Positions 38,100 through 49,397 are shown, counted from the first letter of the stretch. The stretch is 64,000 nucleotides of DNA from Roseibacillus sp. (GCA_965242925.1 CBDEUM010000014.1:416001-480000), one strand, 5' to 3'. Made by a program: numbers and translations. Notes: generated by a model from the sequence alone, not told the origin.

Positions 38100-39794
38100 T
38101 TACTCCGCCGCCCGGATCTCCCTTACACTGATCTGCAGGGAAACCCGTCCCCGGAACTGGTTTCGATCAATGGTGAAGGCCACATCCCATGGGGGATCGG
38201 GGAGTTCCCGGTCGGCTGCTCCGAAATACATCGCGTCCCGCTCCTGGATTCCCTGCCGCAGGGAGAGCCGCAAGTGCCGATTCTTGAGGTGCCGCGGCGA
38301 CTCGGTAAGCCAGACCTCCCGCGACATGAACACCGGTTGCGGGTTTCCCGGTCCGAAAGGCTGCAAAAGTTCGTAGCTTTGCAGGAAATCCAGAGAGAGA
38401 TCCTTGAAGGGAACCTCCGCATCGATGTGGATTCGTGGCTTGCGGCCCTCCGCGGTGGTGTTGGTCAGGACATAGTCGCTGAAGGCCTGGCGAAACTCCT
38501 CCATCTTCGTTTCACACAGACTGATCCCCGCCGCCATGTGATGGCCGCCACCCGCTTCCAGAATCGACCCACAGGCAGCGATGGCTTCGACAAGGGAGAC
38601 GCCCTCGATGCTGCGACCACTCCCCTTGCCCATTCCTTCCCCATCAAAGGAAACCACAAAGGAGGGCCTGTGGTAGTAGCGCATGAGGCGGGAAGCAACG
38701 ATGCCGACTACTCCGGGATGCCAACGGCGCGATCCCACCACGATAACCGGATCCTTGTCCTCATCGAAGCTCTCCTCCAGTTGCTGCAGAGCCTCCTCGT
38801 ACATCTGCTGCTCGTGTTTCTGTCGCTGCCGGTTGTAGTCGTCCAGTTGCTCAACCAGTCTGGTGGCAACTTTCACGGAGTCCGTCATGAGGGCGGCAAG
38901 GGCATCATCGGGCGCATCCATGCGCCCAGCGGCGTTGATACGCGGCCCAATCCGGAATCCCACATCCCCACTGGTGGCGTGCCCGTTCATGCCGCTCACT
39001 TCCATGAGGGCACGCAACCCATGATTGGGAGTTTGCGGCAGCCGGCGCAATCCGTGGCGCACCAGGAGGCGGTTCTCCTCAACCAGAGGCACAAGGTCCG
39101 CAATCGTCGCCACCGCCACCAGGTCCAACCACTTCTTGAGATCCACCTCCTGGAGACGCCGAGTCTTGAGCAGGGCATGGGCCAGCTTGAAAACCACCCC
39201 GGCGGAACAGAGGTAGCCACAGTCGTCACCAAGCTTGGGGTTGACGACAGCTACTGCCGGGGGCCGCCCCACCAATCCGGGTTCGTGATGATCCGCTATG
39301 ATAACATCGATACCCTGTTCGGTCAGGCGCTTGATCTGGTCCCCGGAAGCTGTGCCACAATCAACCGTGATCAGAAGCGAAGGCCTGGGCCCGGCATCCA
39401 GGCAGCGATCGATGGCCGCGTCACTCAGTCCGTAACCCTCCCGACCGCGGATGGGGATAAAGGTCTGAGGGTCCAGGCCATAGGCCGCAAGAACATTGCG
39501 CAGGATGACAACCGAGGTGATCCCATCCACATCGTAGTCCCCGAAGATACAAATCCGCTCATTCTTATCGACTGCTTGCAGGATGCGCTGGACCGCGATG
39601 TCCATCTCGGGCAGCTCGAAGGGATCGCGTAAATCGCCCAGACGCGGACGCAGGAAGGTTTCCAGCTGATCCTCCGCGATGACGCCCCGCTGGGCCAGGA
39701 GGATTCGCAGGATAAAGGGCAGATCACGGTCACAACCGGTACCCGGCCGCACGCTCTCGGGCACTTTCTTTAAGATCCATTCCGTTTCCTGCAT
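38100..39794 (-). CDS. recJ: Single-stranded-DNA exonuclease RecJ
   Basis: GDYDVDG, TVDCG, DHH, PRINAAGR, GSGRS, GGH..AAG, PFGPGNP. Confidence 0.97.
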   Translation of the reverse strand: MQETEWILKKVPESVRPGTGCDRDLPFILRILLAQRGVIAEDQLETFLRPRLGDLRDPFELPEMDIAVQRILQAVDKNERICIFGDYDVDGITSVVILRNVLAAYGLDPQTFIPIRGREGYGLSDAAIDRCLDAGPRPSLLITVDCGTASGDQIKRLTEQGIDVIIADHHEPGLVGRPPAVAVVNPKLGDDCGYLCSAGVVFKLAHALLKTRRLQEVDLKKWLDLVAVATIADLVPLVEENRLLVRHGLRRLPQTPNHGLRALMEVSGMNGHATSGDVGFRIGPRINAAGRMDAPDDALAALMTDSVKVATRLVEQLDDYNRQRQKHEQQMYEEALQQLEESFDEDKDPVIVVGSRRWHPGVVGIVASRLMRYYHRPSFVVSFDGEGMGKGSGRSIEGVSLVEAIAACGSILEAGGGHHMAAGISLCETKMEEFRQAFSDYVLTNTTAEGRKPRIHIDAEVPFKDLSLDFLQSYELLQPFGPGNPQPVFMSREVWLTESPRHLKNRHLRLSLRQGIQERDAMYFGAADRELPDPPWDVAFTIDRNQFRGRVSLQISVREIRAAE

Positions 39795-39848
39795 CTTCCG
39801 ATCTCAGCTTTCGCTGTAAAGGGAAGGTAGGGATCAACCTCTGTGGGC

Positions 39849-41072
39849 TCAAGAACCTATGGGATCCACGATGAGCCGCTCTTCGGCCCAGTCCGACACC
39901 TCCCGCTGCCGCGGTTCGGCAATGTGGTCGATGAAACGATCCCAGACCCCCTGTCCCTCCAGGATCTCGACCTCGATCCGGAGGAAGTAGATGTCCACAT
40001 CGAGTTCGCTGGGCCGGGGAAAACGCACCGCATCCTTCTCGGTCGTAACGATCAATTCGATGTCGCGCTCGACACAACGGGTCATGAACCGGTCGATCTC
40101 GCGCTGGGTGAAAGGGTGATGGTCGGTAAAGGTACGATGAAACTCGACCTCGGCGCCGAGCTTTTGCAGCAGGTTCTCGAAACTCTCGGGCACCGCGATG
40201 GCGCTGATGGCCGCGATATACCTGCCCTGAAGCTCTTCAAGGGACAGCCGCTCGCCCCCAAAGACCCGTTCGAGGTAGTGCGGGGCATGGGTGGTCTGCA
40301 TGATCTCGGCGGTCGGGTTGTAGCTACGCAGACGGGAGAGAAGCCGCTCGTCGGTCGGGCCCTGGCACTTGGTGATCATGATGTGGCTGGCCCGGCAAAG
40401 ATTCCGGGCAGGCTCTCGCAGGGTGCCCCGGGGCAGAAGAGCCCGCGCCTGCGTCCCGAAGGGGGCGGTCTGGTCCACCAGGACGAGGTCGTACTCGTGA
40501 TCAAGCGCAAGATACTGCAGACCGTCGTCGAGCACGAGAGTGTCCGCTCCCAGCTCCCTTACGGCGAACCGCCCGCCATTCACCCGATCCTTGTCCACCA
40601 CCACCCGCACTCCCTCGAGATTCCTGGCCAGCATGTAAGGCTCGTCCCCGGCGTAAACGGCTTCCAGTAGCACCCCGCTGCCGTCGTTCACAATCTTGGG
40701 CAGGGCCTCGCATTCGGCCGGTCCGAGCTCCCCCCACTGCTGCGGCTCGTCGAGCTTCCGGCTCTTGTAACCGCGACTCAGGATGGCCACCCGTCGTCCC
40801 CGTTTGTGAAGGGCCCGGGCCAGCAGTTCCACCACCGGCGTCTTGCCCGTTCCCCCCACCGTAAGATTGCCTACACTGACCACCATGGTGCCCAACTGGA
40901 TCTGCTCCTTCCAGTGCTGGCGGTAGGCTTTGAGCCGGACCCTTACAATCCATCCATAGACATGGGAAAGCCCCCTGAACAAGACCCGGGTCAGCGCAGC
41001 CCCAAAGCCCCGGGCCCGCCCGAAAATCACATCGGACCCCCACTTTTCAACGTCTTCCGCGACCTGCCCCAC
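39849..41072 (-). CDS. lpxK: Tetraacyldisaccharide 4'-kinase
   Basis: [39 protein letters not shown] and TTEKD motifs. Confidence 0.96.
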   Translation of the reverse strand: MGQVAEDVEKWGSDVIFGRARGFGAALTRVLFRGLSHVYGWIVRVRLKAYRQHWKEQIQLGTMVVSVGNLTVGGTGKTPVVELLARALHKRGRRVAILSRGYKSRKLDEPQQWGELGPAECEALPKIVNDGSGVLLEAVYAGDEPYMLARNLEGVRVVVDKDRVNGGRFAVRELGADTLVLDDGLQYLALDHEYDLVLVDQTAPFGTQARALLPRGTLREPARNLCRASHIMITKCQGPTDERLLSRLRSYNPTAEIMQTTHAPHYLERVFGGERLSLEELQGRYIAAISAIAVPESFENLLQKLGAEVEFHRTFTDHHPFTQREIDRFMTRCVERDIELIVTTEKDAVRFPRPSELDVDIYFLRIEVEILEGQGVWDRFIDHIAEPRQREVSDWAEERLIVDPIGS

Positions 41073-41174
41073 AAGCGTAGCCTAGCGGACCGGGTGAACG
41101 GTGTGAAAGTCGGAATGTGCGCCCATTCCATTTTCCCACCTTGCGACCTTCCGGCTCCGGGCTACGCTGCGAAC

Positions 41175-41957
41175 ATGCCCCGCCCTGACGGTCGCGAACC
41201 CGACCAGCTCCGCCCCGTTTCCTTCGTTCCAAACGTCGCTCCCCACGCTGCGGGTTCGGTCCTCGTCAGTTTCGGAAATACCCGGGTCATCTGCGCCGCC
41301 ACCGTGCAGGAGGATGTCCCCCGGTGGATGAAGGCCCAGGGCGTGCCGGGAGGCTGGGTCACCGCAGAATACAGCATGCTTCCCTACTCCACCCACGACC
41401 GGAAAACGCGGGATATCGCCCGGGGCAGGCTCGATGGCCGCTCGTCGGAAATTCAACGCCTGATCGGTCGCTCCCTGCGGGCCGTGACGGATCTCAAGAA
41501 ACTCGGCCCCCGGACGGTATGGGTCGATTGCGACGTCCTGCAAGCCGATGGGGGCACCCGCACTGCCTCCATTACCGGTGGCTGCGTGGCCCTCGCCATC
41601 GCGCTAAACGGCCTCATCGGAACCGGGGGGCTGACCGAGTTCCCGCTCACTCAGCTCGTGGCGGCGGTGAGTGCCGGGGTGTGGGAAGGCTCCCCCATCC
41701 TTGACCTGAACTATCCCGAAGACCGGGACGCAGCGGTCGACTTCAATGTCGTCATGACTGAAGACGACAACTTTGTTGAACTGCAGGGAAGCGGCGAGGA
41801 GAACATCTTCACCGGGGCCGAGATGGAGGCCATGCTGACACTCGCGCGGACAGGGATTGAGGAACTTGTCAGGAAACAAAGTGCCGCCATCCTGGCCGCC
41901 GGGCAACCGAGCGAAGAAGCGTCACCCGTTTTGGGTAGCTCCCTTAAGACTTCCTGA
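41175..41957 (+). CDS. rph: Ribonuclease PH
   Basis: RPDGR..DQLR, GWVTAEYSMLP, EIQRLIGRSLR, CDVLQADGGTRTA. Confidence 0.97.
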   Translation: MPRPDGREPDQLRPVSFVPNVAPHAAGSVLVSFGNTRVICAATVQEDVPRWMKAQGVPGGWVTAEYSMLPYSTHDRKTRDIARGRLDGRSSEIQRLIGRSLRAVTDLKKLGPRTVWVDCDVLQADGGTRTASITGGCVALAIALNGLIGTGGLTEFPLTQLVAAVSAGVWEGSPILDLNYPEDRDAAVDFNVVMTEDDNFVELQGSGEENIFTGAEMEAMLTLARTGIEELVRKQSAAILAAGQPSEEASPVLGSSLKTS

Positions 41958-42096
41958 CCTTTTTCCTCTTGTTCGGGAGGTCCTTGAAGTTAGGATCTAA
42001 TCAAGGGTGTGTACTCCAACGTGCCCACATACAAAACCGTGCCGCGTTCCAGTGTGGCACACATATAAACAACAGAACAACAACCCCGGATTCAAA

Positions 42097-42798
42097 ATGA
42101 ACATTGTAACAAGCAGCAGGCGCAAGGGCTTCACTCTCGTGGAACTTCTTGTGGTGATTGCGATCATCGTCGCCCTCGCCTCGATGGCAACCCCTCAGAT
42201 CTTCAAGGCTCTGAAGCGTGCGGCCGTCGCGGAAGCCGTTAATAACGCAAAACAAGTCAAACTGGCGCTGGATTCCTTCGCCACTGACTTTGACGGCCAG
42301 TATCCCAGCGACGACACCGCAGAGTACGTCTCGGAAGGTGGAACTGGAACGACCTACTCCAACGATTATTTCCGCCAGATGTTTCTCTCCGGAGATACAG
42401 AATCGGAGACGATTTTCTGGGTGAAGAACTCGGCTGTCGCGTCCAAGGGTGAGCCGGATAACAAGGTCAAGGAAGGCGGACGGGTCCAAGATGCCTTGGT
42501 CCTTGAGGAAGGTGACACCCACTGGGCCTATCTCACCGACCAGACCAACCTGGACACGGGCAGCCGCCCCCTCATTCTCGACGGATACAAGAAGGACACC
42601 TCCGAGTGGGATCCGGACACCTGGGACAACAAGGTGATCGTGCTGCGTATCGACGGAGCCTGTAAGACCATGCGCATGCGTAATTCCGATGGCAAGGTCC
42701 TGGACGGTTCCAAGAAAGACATCCTTTCTTCCCAGGCCGACGCATGGGACGGGGAAAGCCCCACGGACCTCCTGAAACAGCCTCAACCGGGCAGCTAG
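42097..42798 (+). CDS. Prepilin-type N-terminal cleavage/methylation domain protein
   Basis: RRKG|FTLVELLVVIAII class III signal peptide. Confidence 0.92.
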   Translation: MNIVTSSRRKGFTLVELLVVIAIIVALASMATPQIFKALKRAAVAEAVNNAKQVKLALDSFATDFDGQYPSDDTAEYVSEGGTGTTYSNDYFRQMFLSGDTESETIFWVKNSAVASKGEPDNKVKEGGRVQDALVLEEGDTHWAYLTDQTNLDTGSRPLILDGYKKDTSEWDPDTWDNKVIVLRIDGACKTMRMRNSDGKVLDGSKKDILSSQADAWDGESPTDLLKQPQPGS

Positions 42799-42824
42799 GG
42801 AGTATTTCGTCATCCCATCTGAAC

Positions 42825-42856
42825 AAAAGGCCGACGTTTGAACGTCGGCCTTTTTT
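42825..42856. terminator. Bidirectional intrinsic terminator
   Basis: AAAAGGCCGACGTT-TG-AACGTCGGCCTTTTTT between convergent genes. Confidence 0.85.
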
Positions 42857-42914
42857 CTTGGTCCGGCAGGGAAAACCGCGGCCCGGATCTCACAACCGTG
42901 CACCGCTCCCAACC

Positions 42915-44009
42915 TTAAAGCCCACGCTCCAGGACATCGAAGAAAACCTCGATGTATTTTTTCTCCCGCTCACGCAGCCCCTTGCGGTAGTCCCGGAGTC
43001 CGTCCCGTCGTTTGACGGCCTCCAGAGCGGCCAGGACTTCTTCGCGCGCCTCCTCAAAACCGCGCTCACGGGCGGTCTTCTTTTCCAACACCTCCAGGAT
43101 GTGCCATCCGATCTTGCTCCGGACGAGGACGGGCTTCCTGACCTCTGCTGAAAAAAGCACCTCCTGCAGACCAGCGGGAACACGCTCACGCCGCAGCCAG
43201 CCGAGATCACCCCCGCTGCCTCTGGTCCGGTCATCCTCGCTGAACCGCTGAGCCAGCCCGGCAAATTCCGCTCCCTTGGCCAGCTCGTGCAGGGTCTCCC
43301 GCAGACTCCTTCCCACCGCTTCGGCCGGCTCCGCCTCCAGATCCACCGTGGAGCGAAAGATGTGCCGTGCGCGCACCCGCTCCGGTTGCCCCAGGCGGTG
43401 CCTGTTTTCATCAAACCAGACTTTCGCCTCCTTCTCACTGACCTCGATCTCAATCATGTTCTCCAGATACTTTTCCTGCTGGATCCGGGCCGCGATGCGG
43501 TAACGCAGCTCCTTCTCGCTCCATCCCAGCTCCCCAAGGGACGCGAGGTAGGCCGATTCACCTGAAAACCGCCGCGTGAAGTGAGTCAGCTCGTCGTCGA
43601 TCTCCGCCTCTGACACAGGCACCTCCGACTGGCTGAAGCGCACTTTAAGTCGCAACAGGTGCAGGTCGATCAGTTCGTTGAGGGCCGCTCGGCGGAGAAG
43701 AAGCCGTTCTTCCCGCGGGATGCCCTCCAGGCGGCGCCCTGCCCGCCACAGGTTTTCCTCCACCCGGCGCTCCACCTGGGTGAGCAGGATCGGCTGGTAG
43801 TGAATCCGGGCCACAACGCCCTCACCCTTGGCGGCCTCGATCACGTCCGGGCTTTTTGGCGCCTTGCGCGCGAAGGATTTACGAAGGGGACCTCCGATGA
43901 GAAAGAGATCGACTGCGAGATACAGGATCACGATCGAGTACAACACCGCCCGCACCATGGCACCCTTGTCCACCATGGACCGGGTGGAAGCGGATACAGG
44001 CTCGGGCAC
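42915..44009 (-). CDS. SurA/PrsA-like PpiC-type peptidylprolyl isomerase
   Basis: VRARHI, FAGLAQRFSED, GGDLGW, SKIGWHI; N-terminal TM helix. Confidence 0.9.
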   Translation of the reverse strand: MPEPVSASTRSMVDKGAMVRAVLYSIVILYLAVDLFLIGGPLRKSFARKAPKSPDVIEAAKGEGVVARIHYQPILLTQVERRVEENLWRAGRRLEGIPREERLLLRRAALNELIDLHLLRLKVRFSQSEVPVSEAEIDDELTHFTRRFSGESAYLASLGELGWSEKELRYRIAARIQQEKYLENMIEIEVSEKEAKVWFDENRHRLGQPERVRARHIFRSTVDLEAEPAEAVGRSLRETLHELAKGAEFAGLAQRFSEDDRTRGSGGDLGWLRRERVPAGLQEVLFSAEVRKPVLVRSKIGWHILEVLEKKTARERGFEEAREEVLAALEAVKRRDGLRDYRKGLREREKKYIEVFFDVLERGL

Positions 44010-44077
44010 GAGTCGAATTATCGCTGAAGGGTCACAAATTGCCGAGCGTCAAATCCCGGCCCAAGGCCCCGCCTCTC

Positions 44078-45352
44078 TCACGGGATAACCACCTTCGCGC
44101 CGGGCCGCACCAGGGAGGGAAAGCGGGCGGCGTCCCAGTTGGCAAGACGAATGCAGCCCGCACTGAGAGAACGCCCGATTGTTCGAGGACTGGCAGTGCC
44201 GTGGATTCCGATCCCGGACTTGGTCAGGCCCGACCACAGGATCCCGACCGGAACGTTGGGGCCGGGTGGAATCTGCAGAACCTTGCTCCGGTCCTTGCTC
44301 CGTACACCCGTCTCCAGAAGTTGCTTGTCGTAATACCAGCTCGGTAACTCGAAGCAGTTGGCCACCGCCCACTGCCCCCGGTGGGTATGCTGCACCCTGC
44401 CAGGAGTGATGGGGAACATGGCTATCAACTTCTGCGGTTCGAAATCTTCGCTCTTCTCTGCAACCACCACTGCTGCCCCTGGCACCACCGGCGCGGTGCC
44501 CTTCTCGTAGATGAAGAGATTGCGTCCCCTGGTATCGATCACCACCGTGCGAGCACTCAACGCCAGGTCCTCCCTGTGGGTGCGCCCCTCCGCCAGATTT
44601 TCGATCAGGAAGGGGGCGACGTTGGGCACCTTGAGGGCGCTGCGCGGCTTGATGCCGTTGGCTTCCCGTGTTCCGTTAAGCTCGATCAGGAAGGTCTCGG
44701 AGGTGTGGTAGCGCTCCGCCATGAACTCGAGATAGCTTCGGTAAGCCATGCGCTCCTCCCTGGCCTGCCGCGAGTAATCGCGGGGCAGGTTCGGGTTCAC
44801 CCACGCGACGGCGGAATCAGGCACGATGGCAATGGCGTAAGTCTCGCCCAGCGCCCGGTTTGCCTCCGAGATCAGCGCGACCCAGTCGTCGGGCATGCGG
44901 CCGACGCTGCGATTGCACGAATGGACGGCCTTGGTGGTGAACTTGCCGGGCTTGCCATCGATAAAGCCAGGGCCGAAGTGCTTCTGGTCGAGGTAAATCT
45001 GCAACCGTACCGTGGTCTCCACGTCCCTGGGCCTCGTCGCACGATCCCGCGCGGTTTCCACCCCGGCATCTGCCTTTGCGTCCCGGGCCTTGGCCCTGGC
45101 CAGATCCCCCTCATCGGAGATCTCAGCCTCAATCGCAACCGCCTTCCCGGGTTTCTCCTCGGCATCTGGACCCGGAACCCGGGAACCGTCGGAGTCAATA
45201 CCCTCGGCGGCAGAAGGGACCGCTTCCCCAGGCTGACCGGGAAGCCCGGGGTCCGGTAGGGAGCCTTCCGCCTGGCCCGGAACCGGAAGGCACAGCACGA
45301 GAAGGGCGGGCACGAAGAGAATCCCGCGAAAGGGGTGAACCATGGTGATCAT
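44078..45352 (-). CDS. L,D-transpeptidase (YkuD) with peptidoglycan-binding-like region
   Basis: GIHGT...IGRSLSAGCIRL catalytic motif; LQIYLD...FGPG.IDG; signal peptide. Confidence 0.9.
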   Translation of the reverse strand: MITMVHPFRGILFVPALLVLCLPVPGQAEGSLPDPGLPGQPGEAVPSAAEGIDSDGSRVPGPDAEEKPGKAVAIEAEISDEGDLARAKARDAKADAGVETARDRATRPRDVETTVRLQIYLDQKHFGPGFIDGKPGKFTTKAVHSCNRSVGRMPDDWVALISEANRALGETYAIAIVPDSAVAWVNPNLPRDYSRQAREERMAYRSYLEFMAERYHTSETFLIELNGTREANGIKPRSALKVPNVAPFLIENLAEGRTHREDLALSARTVVIDTRGRNLFIYEKGTAPVVPGAAVVVAEKSEDFEPQKLIAMFPITPGRVQHTHRGQWAVANCFELPSWYYDKQLLETGVRSKDRSKVLQIPPGPNVPVGILWSGLTKSGIGIHGTASPRTIGRSLSAGCIRLANWDAARFPSLVRPGAKVVIP

Positions 45353-45383
45353 TGCAACACGAAGAACTGGTTTCGCGATGGCC

Positions 45384-45412
45384 AGTTTAGCCCTGTTCCT
45401 GACTTTTGCCAA
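45384..45412 (-). promoter_or_regulatory. Sigma-70-type promoter of the L,D-transpeptidase gene
   Basis: TTGGCA-17 nt-TAAACT on the minus strand. Confidence 0.55.
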
Positions 45413-45548
45413 GTCGCAGACTAGCCCCCACTCTTGCATGAGACGCATGAGGACAGGATTTGATCGAATATAATTTTCTCCTCTTCTGATCTGCGAGGCA
45501 GCGGAGGAATTGATCCGCCATTTGCGGAATTTTCCCACCAGGGGAGAG

Positions 45549-46847
45549 CTAGGCCCCCTCTACTTCCCCGATTCCCCGCAGGCGTCCCTCCGTCTCACTG
45601 TTCACCAGCGCTTCCACCAACACGTCATTCCCCTCGTAGACGGTCTCCAGCACCTTGGCTTCCGCATGCAGAAGGGAAATCAGGTCACCTCGATGCTGCG
45701 GGATCCGGTAGCGCCGTCGCGTCACCGCCTGCGACAGGTAATCGATGAAGGTGTGCTGCAGGGTATCGAGGCCCTCCCCGCTCCGCGCTGAGATTGATAC
45801 CGCCTCCGGAAACAGCGCCTGCAGAGCCTTGAGCCGCTGCGGATCCTCCAGCAGGTCAATCTTGTTCAGGACAGTGAGTACCGGTTTGTCCTTCGCTCCA
45901 AGTTCCCCCATCACTTCCAGGGTGGTGCCGCAAAGCCGCTCCAGTTCAGGTTCGCTGGCATCGAGGACATGCACCAGGAAGTCCGCCAGCACGGCTTCCT
46001 CCAGCGTGGCCTTGAAGGCCTCGACCAGGCGATGTGGCAGGTTGCGGACAAAGCCCACCGTATCGGTCAGGAGCAGTTCCTGCCCATCGGGCAGGTCAAT
46101 CCGCCGGGTGGTGGGATCCAGGGTGGCAAAGAGCATGTCCGCCTCCAGGACCTCTGATCCAGCGAGATGATTGAGGAGGGTCGATTTCCCGGAATTGGTG
46201 TAGCCCACGATAGCTGCATGCGGCGCCTCCGATTTCTGTCGTTCCTTCCGTTGAGTAGCGCGCTGCCTGCGCACCAACTGAAGGTCTGACTTTATGCGGT
46301 CGATGCGCTTCCGCGCCAGGCGGCGGTCGACCTCAATCTGCTGTTCACCCATTCCTCGGGCGGCCGCCGATCCCCCGGAACCCCCACCCCCTTCCCGATC
46401 GAGGTGGCCCCACATCCGTGCCATGCGCGGCAGCGCGTATTCCATGCGGGCCAGTTCAACCTGCAGCCGAGCCTCCCTGGTCTGCGCCCGCCGGGCAAAG
46501 ATATCGAGAATGACTTCCTCCCGGTCGATCACGGTCATGTCGGCCGCCTCTTCCCACTCACGTTGCTGGTTGGGAGCCAGCTCATTGTCAAAGACGATAC
46601 AGTCGCACCCCAGTTCCCGTGCATAGGCCGACACCTCCTCCGCCTTGCCCGTGCCACAGAGAAACTTCTTGTGCCTTTCCCGGGCCCGCACCAGTTGGGT
46701 GTCCACCACCCCGATGCCGAGCGTATCCACCAGTTCGCCCAGTTCGCCCAGCAGGCTGCGCGACTCCTCCTCCTCGCGCTTGTCGAAACAAATGCGCACG
46801 AGAAGAGCCTTTTCGACCATCTGCGGTCTGTCGCGCACCTCAAACAT
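45549..46847 (-). CDS. hflX: GTPase HflX
   Basis: ILDIFARRA, GYTNSGKSTL, LFATLDPT, DTVGF and NKID motifs. Confidence 0.97.
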   Translation of the reverse strand: MFEVRDRPQMVEKALLVRICFDKREEEESRSLLGELGELVDTLGIGVVDTQLVRARERHKKFLCGTGKAEEVSAYARELGCDCIVFDNELAPNQQREWEEAADMTVIDREEVILDIFARRAQTREARLQVELARMEYALPRMARMWGHLDREGGGGSGGSAAARGMGEQQIEVDRRLARKRIDRIKSDLQLVRRQRATQRKERQKSEAPHAAIVGYTNSGKSTLLNHLAGSEVLEADMLFATLDPTTRRIDLPDGQELLLTDTVGFVRNLPHRLVEAFKATLEEAVLADFLVHVLDASEPELERLCGTTLEVMGELGAKDKPVLTVLNKIDLLEDPQRLKALQALFPEAVSISARSGEGLDTLQHTFIDYLSQAVTRRRYRIPQHRGDLISLLHAEAKVLETVYEGNDVLVEALVNSETEGRLRGIGEVEGA

Positions 46848-47273
46848 GACAGTGACATGATACGCCTGTGGGTGCCCTATTCACGCCAAAAGACTCCGAA
46901 GCTGCCACCCGGAGAATCCTACCTCTCCAACATCCTGGACCAGGGCAACCCTCCCCTTCACCGGGAACCGGGCCCGTTCAGCTCCAATCGGCCGACGGGA
47001 TGGAGGCCCCAATCAACATCGGCATCGGGGCAACCAGCAGGGTTGCCAGGCAGAGATAGAAGAGTGCCCCTGTTTCAACGACCACGGTGCCAGTCAGTTC
47101 GACAATACGACACAGCTGCCTGTCCCCTGACAGTCAAACCGGCTCCCAGCGGGACGGGGACGTAAGGCCCCCTCCCCGCAGCAGTATGCCCGGCCCGATT
47201 CTGATTCTACTTGTGACTTGCCCGAATCCCCATTTCAGAGCACGTTCCCCGTCCCCGCGCGAGCAGGAACCAC

Positions 47274-48704
47274 ATGGGAAAGACCCTCTATCAGAAAATC
47301 TGGGACGCTCACACGGTGGGCTCCCTGGGCGACGGCCGCACCCAGCTCTTCATCGGGACACACCTCATCCACGAGGTAACCAGCCCCCAGGCCTTCGGAA
47401 TGATCCGTGATCTCGGACTGCAGGTGAAGTATCCCCACCGCACCTTTGCCACGGTGGATCACATCGTCCCCACTGTTGACCAGAACGCGCCGGCGGACCC
47501 GCTGGCGGCCGAGATGATGGACGCCCTGCGCAGGAATGCGGACGACTTTGGAGTGACCTACTTCGACCTGAGTTCCGGCAAGCAGGGCATCGTCCACGTG
47601 GTGGGACCAGAGCAGGGCATCACCCAGCCGGGCACAACGATTGCCTGCGGCGATTCCCACACCGCCACCCACGGGGCTTTCGGAGCCATCGCCTTCGGGA
47701 TCGGCACGACCCAGGTCCGCGACGTGCTGGCAACCCAGACTATTGCCATGGAAAGCCTCAAGGTCCGCCTCATCAAGGTCGACGGCCAGTTGAAACCCGG
47801 CGTCTACGCCAAGGATGTCGCCCTCGACATCATCCGCCGCCTCGGGGCCAACGGCGGAATCGGCTACGCCTACGAATACGGCGGATCGACCTTCGATAAC
47901 TTCTCCATGGAGGAGCGTATGACCGTCTGCAACATGTCCATCGAGGGCGGAGCCCGCTGCGGCTACGTCAACCCCGATGAAAAAACCTTCGCCTTTCTCA
48001 AGGGGCGCCCTTACGCCCCGGGAGAGGTCGAATGGGACGCCGCGGTCGAACGCTGGCAGTCCTTCGCCTCCGATCCCGATGCCGCCTACGATGACCTCAT
48101 CGAAATCGATGCCGCCGACATCGAACCCACCGTGACCTGGGGTGTCTCTCCGGACCAGGGAATCAGTATCAGCGAGACCATTCCCGACCCGGCGGAAGCT
48201 GGAAGTGAAGCCCTGCGCGCAAGCTATCAGGAGGCCCTGGACTACATGCAACTCCCGGGTGGCACTCCCATCAAAGGCGTGAAGATCGACGTGGCCTTCA
48301 TCGGCTCCTGCACCAACGGACGCCTGCGCGATTTCCGCGAAGCGGCCCACTTCCTGAAAGGCCACAGGGTGGCGCCGGGCGTGAAGGCCATTGCCGTTCC
48401 CGGCTCCCAGATCACCGCCGTGCAGTGCGAGCAGGAAGGCCTCGACAGGATCTTCGAGGAGGCCGGCTTCGAGTGGCGGGCCGCCGGCTGTTCCATGTGC
48501 CTGGCCATGAATCCCGACAAACTGGTGGGTGACCAGGTCTGCGCGTCCTCCTCCAACCGGAACTTCAAGGGGCGGCAGGGCTCTCCCATCGGCCGCACCC
48601 TCCTCATGTCCCCGGTCATGGTCTGTGCCGCCGCGGTGAAAGGCGAAGTGGCTGACGCCCGCGAAGTGTTCGAGGTGGACGGATCCGATTCCGCTGCAGC
48701 CTGA
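47274..48704 (+). CDS. leuC: 3-isopropylmalate dehydratase large subunit
   Basis: [43 protein letters not shown]. Confidence 0.98.
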   Translation: MGKTLYQKIWDAHTVGSLGDGRTQLFIGTHLIHEVTSPQAFGMIRDLGLQVKYPHRTFATVDHIVPTVDQNAPADPLAAEMMDALRRNADDFGVTYFDLSSGKQGIVHVVGPEQGITQPGTTIACGDSHTATHGAFGAIAFGIGTTQVRDVLATQTIAMESLKVRLIKVDGQLKPGVYAKDVALDIIRRLGANGGIGYAYEYGGSTFDNFSMEERMTVCNMSIEGGARCGYVNPDEKTFAFLKGRPYAPGEVEWDAAVERWQSFASDPDAAYDDLIEIDAADIEPTVTWGVSPDQGISISETIPDPAEAGSEALRASYQEALDYMQLPGGTPIKGVKIDVAFIGSCTNGRLRDFREAAHFLKGHRVAPGVKAIAVPGSQITAVQCEQEGLDRIFEEAGFEWRAAGCSMCLAMNPDKLVGDQVCASSSNRNFKGRQGSPIGRTLLMSPVMVCAAAVKGEVADAREVFEVDGSDSAAA

Positions 48705-48738
48705 CCGCATTCAACTTCTCTCCCACCCCTCCGACCAC

Positions 48739-49335
48739 GTGGCTCTCGACAAGATCATCTCCATCACCGGCACCGCGGTACACCTGCCCGGTGCCGACAT
48801 CGATACCGACCGCATCATCCCGGCCCGCTATCTGAAGTGCGTCACCTTCGACGATCTCGCTGACAAGCACTTCTACGACGTGCGCCATGACCCCGAGGGG
48901 AACGCTACCGGGCATCCCCTGGACGATCCGCGCTTCAAGGGTGCTTCCATCATGCTGAGTGGCCCCAACTTCGGCTGTGGATCGTCCCGCGAACACGCTC
49001 CCCAAGCCATCTATCGTTCCGGCTTCCGCGCCATTATTGCGGAATCATACGCCGAAATCTTCTTCGGGAACTCCACCACCCTCGGCATGCCCTGCCTCTC
49101 GGCTTCTCGCGAGGACATTGAGGTCCTGGGTGCCGCCATCGAGCAGGCTCCGGCAACCGCGGTCACCATCGATCTGAAGGCCATGACCGTGACCTTCGGC
49201 GCAACCACCTTTGCCATCACGATGCCGGAATCCGCCCGCCAGGCCCTGACCGCCGGCAGGTGGGATCCCATCCAGGAACTGCTGGACAGCGAAGAACGGA
49301 TCCGTGCGGTGGGGAAAACACTGCCCTACGTGTAA
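48739..49335 (+). CDS. leuD: 3-isopropylmalate dehydratase small subunit
   Basis: DIDTDRIIPARYL, NFGCGSSREHAP, AEIFFGN. Confidence 0.97.
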   Translation: MALDKIISITGTAVHLPGADIDTDRIIPARYLKCVTFDDLADKHFYDVRHDPEGNATGHPLDDPRFKGASIMLSGPNFGCGSSREHAPQAIYRSGFRAIIAESYAEIFFGNSTTLGMPCLSASREDIEVLGAAIEQAPATAVTIDLKAMTVTFGATTFAITMPESARQALTAGRWDPIQELLDSEERIRAVGKTLPYV

Positions 49336-49365
49336 CCCTCCGCTCCTTCCCAACGGGACGATCCA

Positions 49366-49397
49366 GAAGAAAAGGGCGGCACCGAAATACTGCCCTT
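49366..49397 (-). terminator. Possible terminator between the convergent leuD and coiled-coil genes
   Basis: AAGGGCGG/CTGCCCTT stem; T-rich tail on the minus strand. Confidence 0.4.

Noticed and set aside
45360..45460. Multi-hairpin region upstream of the L,D-transpeptidase as a possible ncRNA
   Set aside because: Better explained by a TTGGCA-17-TAAACT promoter inside it; the stems are short and match no family I recognise.
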